Origin: an uncultured Candidatus Saccharibacteria bacterium
Lineage (GTDB): Bacteria; Patescibacteriota; Doudnabacteria; UBA920
Assembly: GCA_964561365.1 (NCBI GenBank)
Contig: CAZLPF010000002.1
Span: 10,068-74,067 of the forward strand
Reading direction: 5' to 3'
Length of the DNA: 64,000 nt
The notes below the pieces were generated by a model, which searched no databases, was not told where the DNA came from, and worked only from the letters and a program-made list of their open reading frames with translations. Every line of letters begins with the position of its first letter. Within the stretch, counting starts at the first letter, position 1. The position numbers and the translations under genes are program-made. This document shows, one piece after another, positions 28,607 through 38,089 of the stretch.

Positions 28607-29422
28607 ATGCCTAGCCTGCTACTGCTCGCCAAGTCCGGCGTCTACGCTACCACGAGGCTCGTCGCCGAATGCGACGCGCTCGGTGTGCCGGTTACGCAGA
28701 TTGAGGTAGGGGATTTAAAAAATCGCGACCTGGAAGCCGATGCCGACAGCTTCGACGCGCTCTACGTCCGCATGGCCTGGCCGGAGCTGGACCGGGTGGC
28801 CGAACTCGCCCAGAACTTTCGCGCGCGCGGGAAGCGGGTGGTCGACGCCATAGTCGCGGACGGAAAAATAGACGAAGGCAAACTCGTCATGTACGACGAG
28901 CTGCGCGAGGCCGGCATTCGCTTTCCCGAGACCGTGGCCTACGTCCACGCGGGCGAGCGCCTCGCGCGATTCCCGTACATTCTCAAGTGGACGTACGGTA
29001 TGCAGGGGAAAGAGGTTTACCTGGTCCAGCGCGGAGAGCAGCACGAGCACATTGCGAAAAAGCACGGCGCCGGCGAGCTGCTCTGGCAGGAATTTTTGCC
29101 GGTAGAACGAGAGTTCAAGGTTTACACCGTCGGTTACCGTTCGGTGCCGTTCGCGCAAGCCTTCGAGCCTCGGCCGAACGGTTTCCGGGTGGACCACAAA
29201 ACCGCTCAGACGGAGCCAATCGAATCATGCGGCGATGTCGTAGCGGCGGCCGAAACCGCAGCCCGGACCTGCGGTTTTGAGCTAGCCAAGACCGACGTGG
29301 CGGTCTCGGGCGGAGTGCCGTACGTGCTGGAGACGAACCGCCGGCCGGGCTTCGAGTTCTTCGAGAAGAAAACCGGGTACAACCTGGCGCGCGACTTCGC
29401 GCGCTACGCCGCGGGAGTATAG
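28607..29422 (+). CDS. ATP-grasp (RimK-like) ligase
   Basis: FPYILKW..GMQGKEV, WQEF, VLETNRRPGF. Confidence 0.75.
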   Translation: MPSLLLLAKSGVYATTRLVAECDALGVPVTQIEVGDLKNRDLEADADSFDALYVRMAWPELDRVAELAQNFRARGKRVVDAIVADGKIDEGKLVMYDELREAGIRFPETVAYVHAGERLARFPYILKWTYGMQGKEVYLVQRGEQHEHIAKKHGAGELLWQEFLPVEREFKVYTVGYRSVPFAQAFEPRPNGFRVDHKTAQTEPIESCGDVVAAAETAARTCGFELAKTDVAVSGGVPYVLETNRRPGFEFFEKKTGYNLARDFARYAAGV

Positions 29423-29430
29423 AAAAGTCG

Positions 29431-29460
29431 AAACGCCGCTCCGTGGGGGAGCGGCGTTTT
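29431..29460. terminator. Bidirectional terminator
   Basis: AAACGCCGCTCC..GGAGCGGCGTTT. Confidence 0.8.
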
Positions 29461-29473
29461 CTGTGTCTGCCCG

Positions 29474-29821
29474 TTACGAGGGCGGAAAGAGCTTATGAAT
29501 GGCGGAGATCGCGCCAATCAGCTCCGAGGTGGTCCCGAGGCTCACATCACCGAGTTTATCCATGAAGGCTTGAAGTGCGTCGTGCTTGGCTCGGTTTCCG
29601 TTTAGGGGCATCGCCCCGTAGCCGCGGATCAGCCCACGAACAGACTCGCGGGCCTCTGTCGAAAAGCCTGATGTCGCATCTTCGAGTAGTTCTCCGGCTC
29701 GCTGACGGCGGTTTTGAGTTGCTTCTTGCGCTGCCGTAAAAACCGCGATTTGGAGAGCGCTGAGCTCTGCGCGCACAGATGGTGGTAGTGAAAGACGTGG
29801 TGCGGACCTCCAACTAAACAT
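29474..29821 (-). CDS. Hypothetical protein (SD-led module)
   Basis: SD GGGAGG, own promoter-like site and terminator, atypical codon usage. Confidence 0.55.
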   Translation of the reverse strand: MFSWRSAPRLSLPPSVRAELSALQIAVFTAAQEATQNRRQRAGELLEDATSGFSTEARESVRGLIRGYGAMPLNGNRAKHDALQAFMDKLGDVSLGTTSELIGAISAIHKLFPPS

Positions 29822-29884
29822 TCAATGGTTTCCTCCCGTAAAATCAGCTTACGGTACCACGGAATAGGGAAGCGGTCAAGCGAA

Positions 29885-29914
29885 AGCCGGAGCGCTCACA
29901 TGAGTGCTCCGGCT
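29885..29914 (-). terminator. Terminator of the 29931-30518 gene
   Basis: AGCCGGAGC..GCTCCGGCT. Confidence 0.65.
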
Positions 29915-29930
29915 ACGTTGTAGAAGTGGA

Positions 29931-30518
29931 TCAGCGTTTCCGGTACGGGTCGAGCCAGCCGGAAAGCTCTTTTGCGGCCGTTTCAATCTCCCGGTGCCGC
30001 GCAGCCATCCATTGCCCGGCCTTGTCAGCCAGGTACTGCAGCCTCGTTTGGCCAATGCCCGGCAAGGCGAGCCCGTCGTCCGGAAGCTCCGCCCAATAGC
30101 TCACCTGCCGAGCTGAAATGCGGTGGGTTGTACTGCCAATGACGAGCGTATCCAAAGTGACCTTCTCGCCTCTGAGGGTGCGGTTGATTCCTTGGTCTGA
30201 ACGCCCCGCCTTTTCAAAGGCAGTTTGCAACGCCTTCAGGCAATCAGCCATCTTGCCAAAGGCTTCGTCCTTGGAGCCCTCGAGCATGGCGATTTCCATT
30301 CGCATGCCACGGTCGTGCCACTTGGCGGTTATGCTGCAGAACGCCAGCAGCTTTTGCCACTCAGAATCTTTCGACCTCGATCCGAGAATTACCTGTAGCA
30401 CCCCGAGGTCTTTCTGCAGCTCTTGTTCGAGCGCAAAGATTTCTTTCGGCGGGCCGCTTTGGAATGACTTGATGGCCGCGTCGATCAGCCCCGCGAGCCA
30501 TTTCATGAACCGATTCAT
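29931..30518 (-). CDS. Hypothetical protein (SD-led module)
   Basis: SD AAGGAGG, 195-aa ORF, downstream hairpin. Confidence 0.6.
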   Translation of the reverse strand: MNRFMKWLAGLIDAAIKSFQSGPPKEIFALEQELQKDLGVLQVILGSRSKDSEWQKLLAFCSITAKWHDRGMRMEIAMLEGSKDEAFGKMADCLKALQTAFEKAGRSDQGINRTLRGEKVTLDTLVIGSTTHRISARQVSYWAELPDDGLALPGIGQTRLQYLADKAGQWMAARHREIETAAKELSGWLDPYRKR

Positions 30519-30588
30519 TTCGTCTTCCTCCTTGCTAACGACACACTATATATAAAAAAATGCCCCGAGGCAAGGCTAGAAAAAGAGG

Positions 30589-30613
30589 GAACCCGCCGGA
30601 GACCAGCGGGTTC
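30589..30613 (-). terminator. Terminator of the 30671-30979 gene
   Basis: GAACCCGC..GCGGGTTC with T-rich tail on minus strand. Confidence 0.55.
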
Positions 30614-30670
30614 GAGAGAGGTTCGCCTCTAGTAGAGGCGAGATGGCAGCAGTTGACCGGGAGGAATTGG

Positions 30671-30979
30671 TCAGCTCGCGTTGGCCAGGTGGTTGCGCAC
30701 CGGATGCACCGCGGATAGCGGCGGGAATTCGAGGTGTTCACCTTGGCGAACGACCGCGAGGCGGGGCGTCCTGTTGAGCAGGCCTCGAAGTGCGAACACG
30801 ACGTCGCCGTCATGAATTCCGTCGAGGAATACCTTGGCGTTGTGTTTCGCTTCGCGAGCCGGTGGACCTGCGCTCAGTAGCGTGAAGTAACCTGTCGGAT
30901 CACCGTGTTTGATCGACTCGTGCGCCGATCCATCAATGGTGACAGTAATACCCGGGCGGAGCGCCTTGGGCTGCTTCAT
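30671..30979 (-). CDS. Hypothetical protein (SD-led module)
   Basis: SD AGGAGG, divergent from rpsO. Confidence 0.55.
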   Translation of the reverse strand: MKQPKALRPGITVTIDGSAHESIKHGDPTGYFTLLSAGPPAREAKHNAKVFLDGIHDGDVVFALRGLLNRTPRLAVVRQGEHLEFPPLSAVHPVRNHLANAS

Positions 30980-31061
30980 AATTCGAACCTCCTAGGATCT
31001 CCGCCGTCGCGGAGTTGTACGTACGCATATATAATCAACTATTTTTGACGTTCTGTCAAAT

Positions 31062-31180
31062 TTGCAAAAAAGCCTAAAGAAAAGTATAATTCATGCAGTT
31101 TTATTAATTCCACGGGCTAGTACGTAATGCGGCCGTAAACAGGAACGGGGCCGCAACTCGCCGCGTGCAGAAAGATTGAC
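31062..31180 (+). promoter_or_regulatory. rpsO promoter and structured 5' leader (possible S15 autoregulatory site)
   Basis: TTGCAA-17-TATAAT; nested stems GCGGCC/GGCCGC and CACG/CGTG. Confidence 0.5.
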
Positions 31181-31462
31181 ATGCTCTCGAACAAAGAGAA
31201 GCAAGCCATTATCAAGAAGTTCCAGGTCCACAAGGACGACACCGGCAGCCCCGAGGTGCAGATTGCGATTCTGACCAAGGAAGTCGAGCAGGTTCAGGAG
31301 CACCTCCAGGTGCACAAGAAGGACAACCACTCGCGCCGCGGGCTGCTCAAAATGGTCGGCAACCGCCGCCGGCTGCTCCGGTTCCTCAAGTCCGAAGACC
31401 AGAAGCGCTTCGACAAGATTGTCGAAAAGCTGAAGCTGAAAGTAGCTTCACAGGCCGAATAG
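31181..31462 (+). CDS. rpsO: 30S ribosomal protein S15
   Basis: [29 protein letters not shown]. Confidence 0.97.
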   Translation: MLSNKEKQAIIKKFQVHKDDTGSPEVQIAILTKEVEQVQEHLQVHKKDNHSRRGLLKMVGNRRRLLRFLKSEDQKRFDKIVEKLKLKVASQAE

Positions 31463-31608
31463 GTGGCACGCCGGCAGTTTGCCCAGCGCAGACGGCCGGC
31501 GCTTTCATCAGAAAAATAATTTACGCGGTTTGACGTGCGGGTGCAGCGTTGACTAACGAACGGTTAGTCACCGTCCGCACGTACGCCAAACCCACGCAAG
31601 GAACACGC

Positions 31609-34011
31609 ATGTTCGAACGCAAGAGCGTTTCGACGCACGTCGGGAACGCCGACGTAAGTTTCGAGGTCGGCCGGGTGGCCGGCCAGGCCGACGCGGCCGT
31701 CCTGGCCCGCGCCGGCGACACCGTGGTGCTCGCCACGGTGGTCATGTCGAGGAAAGCCCGCGAAGGCATTGAGTTCTTCCCGCTGCTCGTTGACTACGAG
31801 GAGCGGCTGTACGCAGCGGGCAAAATTAAGGGCAGCCGCTGGATTAAGCGCGAGGGCCGCGCGTCCGACAACGCCATTCTCCGCGGCCGCGTCATTGACC
31901 GTAGCTTACGCCCGCTCTTCCCCGACGGCATGCGCAACGACGTCCAGGTCGTGGCCACGGTCATGTCGTACGACGGCGTAAACGATCCCGACATTCTCGC
32001 GGTCAACGCCGCCTCCATGGCGCTCCACCTTTCCCACGTGCCGTTCGACGGCCCCATTTCGAGCGTCCGCGTCGGCATGGCTGAGGGACAGCTCGTGGTG
32101 AACCCTTCCCCCGAGCAGGTTGAAACCGGCGACATGGACCTCGTGGTCTGCGGCACGGGCGACCACATCATCATGGTTGAGGCCGGCCTCAAGTTCGTTC
32201 CCGAGACGAAGATCGTCGAGGGTGTCCGCTTCGCCCAGCAGTACCTCGGCGCGCTCTGCAAGCTCCAGGACGAGTTCCGCAAGCAGGTCGGCAAGGAGAA
32301 GACGTCCGACGTCATATACAGCAAGCCCGCCGAACAGATTGTGGACTTCGTCCACGGGTTTGCCACCGACGACAAGATTGACGCCGCACTCTACGTGCCC
32401 ACAAAAGAGCAGCGCGACGCCGGCGAGTTTAAACTCGAGAAAGAAACCGTAGCAGCGGCGAAAGAAAAGTTCGGTAGCACGCTCGGTGAAGCGGTAAACG
32501 TGGAGAAGCAGACGGCCGACGCGCTCAACAAAATAATGAAGCAGTACACGCGTAAGCAGATTCTGGAAAAGGAGCGCCGCGTGGACGGCCGCAAGCTGGA
32601 CCAGACCCGGCAGATTACCTGCGAGGTCGGCGTGCTGCCCCGCACCCACGGCTCGGCACTGTTTACCCGCGGCGAGACCCAGGCCCTGACCACGGTGACT
32701 TTGGGCAGCAAGGGCGACGAGCAGATGCTCGACGGCATTGACGACCCCTCCGAGGGCACGCCGAAGCGCTACATGCACCACTACAACATGCCGGGCTATT
32801 CGGTCGGCGAGGTGACGCCCATCCGCGGCCCCGGCCGGCGCGAGATAGGCCACGGGGCGCTCGCCGAGCGCGCCGTGGAGTTCAGCCTGCCCGCGCAGAC
32901 CGAGTTCCCGTACACCATGCGCCTCGTCTCCGAGGTGCTCTCGAGCAACGGCTCGACCTCCATGGCGAGCACCTGCGGCAGCACGCTCGCGCTCATGGAC
33001 GCCGGCGTTCCCATTCAGAAGATTGTCGGCGGCGTGGCCATGGGCCTCGTCATGGACGAGCAGAACCCCTCGCGCTTCAAGGTCCTGACCGACATTGCCG
33101 GCATTGAGGACTTCAACGGCCACATGGATTTCAAGGTCACCGGCACCGAAGAGGGCGTCACCGCGCTCCAGCTCGACATCAAGGTCAAGGGCTTAACGCC
33201 CGAGATCCTCGAAGCCGCGCTCGAGCAGGCCAAGCCCGGGCGCGCGTACATTCTTTCCAAAATGAAAGAGTGCCTCGACAAGCCGCGGCCCGACCTCTCG
33301 CCGTACGCGCCGCGCATCTACACCCTGCACATTAAGCCGGAGAAGATCCGCGAGGTCATCGGCAGCGGCGGCAAGGTGGTCAACGACATCATCGCCAAGA
33401 CCGGCGTGAAGATCGACATTGAGAACGACGGGACCATCATGGTCGTCTCGGTCGACAAGCAGGCCGCCGACCGCGCCATTGAAATGATCAACGCCATTGC
33501 CCGCGACCCGGAGCCGGGCGAGGTCTTCGAGGGCAAGGTGACCCGCCTCATGAACTTCGGCGCCTTCGTCGAGATTGCGCCGGGCAAGGAAGGCATGGTC
33601 CACGTCAGCGAGCTCGCCAACTACCGCGTCGGCCAGCCGTCGGACGTGGTGAGCGTCGGCGATCCGCTCAAGGTCCAGGTTTTGGAGATTGACGACCAGG
33701 GCCGCCTGAACCTCACGCACCGTCCGTTCGCCGGACCCGCGCCCGAGGGCGCCGAGCCCCGCGGCCCGGCCGGCGGCGACCGCGGCCCGCGCGACTTCCG
33801 CAGCGGACCCCCGCGCGGTGGCCACGGTGGTGGCCACGGCGGCGGTTTCCGGGGCGGCCACGGCGGCCCGCGGCACGGCGGCGGCGACCGCGGCCCGCGC
33901 CGCGACTTCGGTGACCGCGCCCCGCGCCCGCCCCGCCCCGAGGGCCCGGCAACTCCCGGCGCGCCGGCCGCTCCCGGCCAGAAGTACGACTTCGAAGAGT
34001 TCGAACTTTAA
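31609..34011 (+). CDS. pnp: Polyribonucleotide nucleotidyltransferase
   Basis: FFPLLVDYEE, RREIGHG, SNGSTSMAS, DFKVTG, KH and S1 domains; follows rpsO; Gly/Arg-rich tail. Confidence 0.96.
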   Translation: MFERKSVSTHVGNADVSFEVGRVAGQADAAVLARAGDTVVLATVVMSRKAREGIEFFPLLVDYEERLYAAGKIKGSRWIKREGRASDNAILRGRVIDRSLRPLFPDGMRNDVQVVATVMSYDGVNDPDILAVNAASMALHLSHVPFDGPISSVRVGMAEGQLVVNPSPEQVETGDMDLVVCGTGDHIIMVEAGLKFVPETKIVEGVRFAQQYLGALCKLQDEFRKQVGKEKTSDVIYSKPAEQIVDFVHGFATDDKIDAALYVPTKEQRDAGEFKLEKETVAAAKEKFGSTLGEAVNVEKQTADALNKIMKQYTRKQILEKERRVDGRKLDQTRQITCEVGVLPRTHGSALFTRGETQALTTVTLGSKGDEQMLDGIDDPSEGTPKRYMHHYNMPGYSVGEVTPIRGPGRREIGHGALAERAVEFSLPAQTEFPYTMRLVSEVLSSNGSTSMASTCGSTLALMDAGVPIQKIVGGVAMGLVMDEQNPSRFKVLTDIAGIEDFNGHMDFKVTGTEEGVTALQLDIKVKGLTPEILEAALEQAKPGRAYILSKMKECLDKPRPDLSPYAPRIYTLHIKPEKIREVIGSGGKVVNDIIAKTGVKIDIENDGTIMVVSVDKQAADRAIEMINAIARDPEPGEVFEGKVTRLMNFGAFVEIAPGKEGMVHVSELANYRVGQPSDVVSVGDPLKVQVLEIDDQGRLNLTHRPFAGPAPEGAEPRGPAGGDRGPRDFRSGPPRGGHGGGHGGGFRGGHGGPRHGGGDRGPRRDFGDRAPRPPRPEGPATPGAPAAPGQKYDFEEFEL

Positions 34012-34034
34012 AGAGCAGTAACGAAACAAAAACC

Positions 34035-34676
34035 ATGGCACGCCCGATGAGAGCAGGGGCCTACGGTTTCTCGGCGCACCGGGAAGACGGTCCGGGTCGG
34101 CCGATTGAGGGCCTCGAACGCAGCGCCGAACAGCGCGCAGAAGGCGAGTACCAGCATGTGCTCGAGGGCATCGTCGCACGGCTCGCGCGGGAAGAAAAAC
34201 AGCTCGAAACCGCCGCTGCGGCGCGAACGCGTCCGCTCCCGCGCGGCGTACAGCCCAGAAAAACAATGCGCGAAGTGCTCGAGGCAGACCTCGACCGGGC
34301 CTTGGTTCCGAATTCAGAAATTTCAGGGCCTGCCCGCCAGCGCCTCGTGGGCATGGGTATTCCGAGCACGTGGAGCAGCGAGCAGCTCGCCATGCTGAAG
34401 TCGAGCATCCCGTGGATGCTCGAGATGTACAAAAAAGCTCAAGCGCAGTCGCAGTTTGAAAGCGGCATGGCGGCAGCCGGCGCAGAGCAGGGCGCCGCTG
34501 CCGCAACGAACCGCGACCTCGGCGCGCTCATCCGCGCGACCGAGGAAGGTGCCGGACCGTCGCCGAAACGCAGCGCTGGCTACAGCGATGCCCGCGCCAA
34601 GTTCGAGGCGCTGTTTGGCGGTGCGCCCGCCGAGAGCGGCGACGCGGCAGCGGCCGGCGAGCACGCGGATCGTTAG
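34035..34676 (+). CDS. Hypothetical protein
   Basis: 213-aa ORF directly after pnp. Confidence 0.55.
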   Translation: MARPMRAGAYGFSAHREDGPGRPIEGLERSAEQRAEGEYQHVLEGIVARLAREEKQLETAAAARTRPLPRGVQPRKTMREVLEADLDRALVPNSEISGPARQRLVGMGIPSTWSSEQLAMLKSSIPWMLEMYKKAQAQSQFESGMAAAGAEQGAAAATNRDLGALIRATEEGAGPSPKRSAGYSDARAKFEALFGGAPAESGDAAAAGEHADR

Positions 34677-34683
34677 GGAAGCC

Positions 34684-35613
34684 ATGCACGGCCCCGGCTC
34701 ACCTGAACATTTCCACGAAGAGCCGCCCCGGCTCGAACGGGCGGTTGACCTTGAACCTGCCTACGAGCACGCCGAGCGGGTGCTGGAAGCCGACCGCGAG
34801 CCGCTCGAATCGTTCATAGCCCCGGACGGGGCCAACCGGGCAATTGTGGCCCGCGATTGTGCCGAGGTCGAGCGGCTCGAAGCAATCTTCAGGGCGAAAG
34901 AGGCCGTAGACCCCGAGCACCGCAAACAGAAGATGCTCGCCACGGCGACCGAGGCCGCGCTGAAAGACGGCGTCAACGAAGGCAATATGTTCGGGAGCGG
35001 CGTGCGCTACCGCTCGACCACGAAGTTCGACGACTACGTCAACAAGTACGACGGTGTGCTCGAGTTCAGCGACGGGCACCTCGGCATCGGCGTCGACGTG
35101 ACGTTCAGCGCCGAGGCAACGGGACGAAAGCTCCAAGCGGCGCTCGACGAAATAGACAAACACAAGCTCGGCACGGTTCGCTACTACCGCGGCCAGAACG
35201 GCGAGCACCGCCCCCTGCGCAACCTTCCGCGCGTCATTGTTCGGTTCAGTCCCGGCGACGCGACCCGCGTGGCGCGCGATTGGCACGAGGGCAACCAGGC
35301 GGCTGCGAGCGGCGCCCGCCTCCAGGTCCTGCGGCAAATGGCGGTGCAGCTCCGCGCCTTCCGGGCCTACGCGGCGAGGAGCGGCTGGGAGCCGCGCGAG
35401 CTGCTGCCGTTCGACGAGTCGCTCCGCCACGTTGACGGCATGCTTTCGAAGGTCGCGACGCCGGAAGAGCGGAGCGCCATGCAGATCGACGAGGCCGTAC
35501 TGAACCTCTCGCGCCAGCTCGAAGCCGCCGGCGGGGGACCGCGGCCCGGCACGAGCGATCGCGGCAGCAGCTCACATCCTGGTTCCGCACCCGGCTACCG
35601 TAGGGCCGCATAA
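34684..35613 (+). CDS. Hypothetical protein with a PD-(D/E)XK-like acidic motif
   Basis: E..L..KFDDYVNKYDGVLEF..IGVDVTF; start set at MHGPG. Confidence 0.6.
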   Translation: MHGPGSPEHFHEEPPRLERAVDLEPAYEHAERVLEADREPLESFIAPDGANRAIVARDCAEVERLEAIFRAKEAVDPEHRKQKMLATATEAALKDGVNEGNMFGSGVRYRSTTKFDDYVNKYDGVLEFSDGHLGIGVDVTFSAEATGRKLQAALDEIDKHKLGTVRYYRGQNGEHRPLRNLPRVIVRFSPGDATRVARDWHEGNQAAASGARLQVLRQMAVQLRAFRAYAARSGWEPRELLPFDESLRHVDGMLSKVATPEERSAMQIDEAVLNLSRQLEAAGGGPRPGTSDRGSSSHPGSAPGYRRAA

Positions 35614-35650
35614 TTTTTTGTAACGGTTCCCGGCGATTTTTTATTCTGCC

Positions 35651-36838
35651 GTGCCCTACTTCGACATTACCAAGAAAGATACCGCGCACCCCCTGGCCCG
35701 CGCCGGGGTGCTGCACACCGCGCACGGCGACGTTCAGACGCCGGCGTTTTTACCCATTGGCACGAAGGGTGCGGTAAAGGCAGTTACGCCCGAGGAGCTG
35801 AAGTTCTGGGGCGCGGAAATGATCCTCGCGAACACCTACCACCTCTGGCAGCGGCCCGGCGACGGGCTCATTTACAAAGCCGGGGGGCTGCACGGCTTCA
35901 TGAACTGGAAGGGGCCCATATTCACCGACAGCGGCGGCTTCCAGGTGCAGTCGCTCGCGAAATTCAAGAAGGTCATGGAGGCCGGGGTGCTCTTCAACTT
36001 CGACCTCGACGGCAAGCAGGAAATGCTCTCGCCGGAAAAGTCGGTCGACATACAGGCGAACCTCGGCTCTGACATCGCCCTCATCCTCGACGACTTTTCC
36101 GGCGTGCCGTTCGAGTACGAGGAGAGCAGGGCCTCGGTCGAGCTCACCACCCGCTGGGCCGAGCGGGCGCAGCGCGAGCACCGGCACATTGTGGAAGACG
36201 GCGACCCGGTCAACGCCGGCCAGAAGCTCTGGGGCATTGTCCAGGGTTCGAACTTCGAAGACCTGCGCCGCGAGTCTGCCGAGGCCATGGTCAAATTGAG
36301 CTTCGAGGGGTACGCCATTGGCGGCGTGGCCACGGTCGACGAGCCGTTCGCTGAAATGATGAAGGCCGTGGAGTGGTCAATCGCGGGGCTGCCCGAGGCG
36401 GCGCCGAAGCACCTGCTCGGCGTCGGCACGCCGTACGACATTGTCCAGGGGGTGAGCCGCGGCTGCGACACCTTTGACTGCGTTATTCCGACCCGCGAAG
36501 CCCGGCACGGCCGGCTCTACGTCCGCGCCCAGAACGTGGAGACGAAGCAGGGGACCGTGGAAGGCTACCGGACCATGGACGTGCGACTCGAACGCTACAA
36601 GGAAGATTTCACCCCGCCGGATCCCGCCTGCAGCTGCTACCTCTGCCTCAACCACACCAAGAGCTACCTCCGCCACCTGTTCCAAACCGGCGAGCCTTTG
36701 GCCGAGCGCCTCGCGACCATGCACAACCTGCGCTTCTACCTGGATCTCATGGCGCGTATCCGGCAGGCCATACACTACGAGCATTTCGGCGAAATGGTGA
36801 AGGGCTTTAAGGACTACAGCGACAAGAAAGAGAAATAA
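35651..36838 (+). CDS. tgt: tRNA-guanine transglycosylase
   Basis: ANTYHL, TDSGGFQ, GIVQG, HLLGVG, DTFDCV, CxCxxC..HNL zinc site. Confidence 0.94.
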   Translation: MPYFDITKKDTAHPLARAGVLHTAHGDVQTPAFLPIGTKGAVKAVTPEELKFWGAEMILANTYHLWQRPGDGLIYKAGGLHGFMNWKGPIFTDSGGFQVQSLAKFKKVMEAGVLFNFDLDGKQEMLSPEKSVDIQANLGSDIALILDDFSGVPFEYEESRASVELTTRWAERAQREHRHIVEDGDPVNAGQKLWGIVQGSNFEDLRRESAEAMVKLSFEGYAIGGVATVDEPFAEMMKAVEWSIAGLPEAAPKHLLGVGTPYDIVQGVSRGCDTFDCVIPTREARHGRLYVRAQNVETKQGTVEGYRTMDVRLERYKEDFTPPDPACSCYLCLNHTKSYLRHLFQTGEPLAERLATMHNLRFYLDLMARIRQAIHYEHFGEMVKGFKDYSDKKEK

Positions 36839-36868
36839 AAAATCCCCTGCCATAGGCGGGGGATTTTT
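36838..36868. terminator. Bidirectional terminator
   Basis: AAAAATCCCC..GGGGATTTTT. Confidence 0.75.
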
Positions 36869-36875
36869 AGCGGAG

Positions 36876-37367
36876 CTACTCGCCGCTGTCGGCCGACGGG
36901 CCGTAGATAGCCGGTACCTTGCCGCCCATGGGACGGATGAGCGTCGTCATCTGCCCGCGGTGGTGGATGAGGTCGAACATGAGCATCCAGGCCATGCCGC
37001 CCTTCGTGGCGGCCCAGACCTCTTTACCGTCCACCAGCATCGCCGCCTTCGAGCCCCAATCTTCTTCGGACATGGCGGCGGCCACGGTCCCCGCCTCGGC
37101 GAGGCCTTTCGCGAACATATCCTTAGCTTCGGGGAGCGTCTTCGGGGAGGGCGCGTCCTTGGACCAGTCGATCTGGCCGGTTTTAAGGAAAATACCGAAC
37201 GTCGCGGCCTCGGAGGCCATGCTGCATGCGAGCTGGAGGGCCGTTTTGCCCTTCGGGTCGTCGGCGTGCTTGTAGTCGAGCTTGCCTTCCGGCAGGGCGT
37301 TAAACACGCCCGTGAAGCGGGCCGCCTCGTACTTCGTGGTTTCTACGAAAAACATTCGTTCGGTCAT
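36876..37367 (-). CDS. DinB family protein
   Basis: IHHRGQ..IRPMGGKVPAIYGPSAD C-terminus. Confidence 0.85.
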   Translation of the reverse strand: MTERMFFVETTKYEAARFTGVFNALPEGKLDYKHADDPKGKTALQLACSMASEAATFGIFLKTGQIDWSKDAPSPKTLPEAKDMFAKGLAEAGTVAAAMSEEDWGSKAAMLVDGKEVWAATKGGMAWMLMFDLIHHRGQMTTLIRPMGGKVPAIYGPSADSGE

Positions 37368-37455
37368 GGTGGTTTCGTTAATGGTTGCGCCGCCGTGCGG
37401 CATGCGTACCGTAAATTCTATCCGTTCACGGAAGTAAGGTCAACGAAAAAAGGAA

Positions 37456-37485
37456 AGCGGCCCCGCAACGCGTTGCGGGGCCGCT
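37456..37485 (-). terminator. Perfect 30-bp palindrome, likely terminator
   Basis: AGCGGCCCCGCAACG|CGTTGCGGGGCCGCT; T-rich tail on minus strand. Confidence 0.7.
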
Positions 37486-37498
37486 CGGTCACCACTGC

Positions 37499-37879
37499 TC
37501 ACCGTGCCCACCACCTGCGCAGCTCCGAGCTGAGGGTGAGAACAACCGCCCCGCACATGATCAGGACAAAGCCGATCGTTCGCAGGGGATAGGTAGACAC
37601 GCTTACCCCGAGGAAGGCGGTCCACGCAGCAGTGGTCAGCAGTAGAATCCACAGGAAAGCGGCGCCACCTGCGCCGTCGTCGTAGCGGTCCCTGCAATTT
37701 TGGCCTTGACCCGGCCGGAACCCGAAGATGGCAATTGAGGCGGGGATGCACAAGAGCATCGCTACCACGAACGTCACCATGAGCGCCTCCAGTAGCTCGA
37801 GCTTCGACGATTGGCACACCCCGTACGTCATGGCAACCAGCACAGTGTGCAGGACAGCCGTAGTAAGTGATTTGAACAT
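37499..37879 (-). CDS. Hypothetical four-TM membrane protein (SD-led module)
   Basis: SD GGAGG; promoter TTGACG-17-TACCTT. Confidence 0.6.
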   Translation of the reverse strand: MFKSLTTAVLHTVLVAMTYGVCQSSKLELLEALMVTFVVAMLLCIPASIAIFGFRPGQGQNCRDRYDDGAGGAAFLWILLLTTAAWTAFLGVSVSTYPLRTIGFVLIMCGAVVLTLSSELRRWWAR

Positions 37880-37960
37880 ATCCCCTCCGCACTTTTGATT
37901 TGCAACCCCTGATCTAGAGTTACTTTCAGAAGGTATTCTTTTAGGCTTTCCACGTCAACC

Positions 37961-37989
37961 TTGACAAGTTTGGCAATATGCTGTACATT
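37961..37989 (+). promoter_or_regulatory. sigma70 promoter, back-to-back with the promoter of the 37879 gene
   Basis: TTGACA-17-TACATT. Confidence 0.65.
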
Positions 37990-38089
37990 AGGACGATTTC
38001 AGTTGATACCCGATCGGGAGCTGAAATACCTGGTTCTACCAGGGCTCGAACCCGATCAATTGCAAACAAAGAAAGCAGGAGGTTCGTTT

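Noticed and set aside
27561-30979. Integron or prophage around the tyrosine recombinase
   Set aside because: The protein looks like housekeeping Xer; no attC motifs, phage genes or duplicated tRNA 3' ends were found
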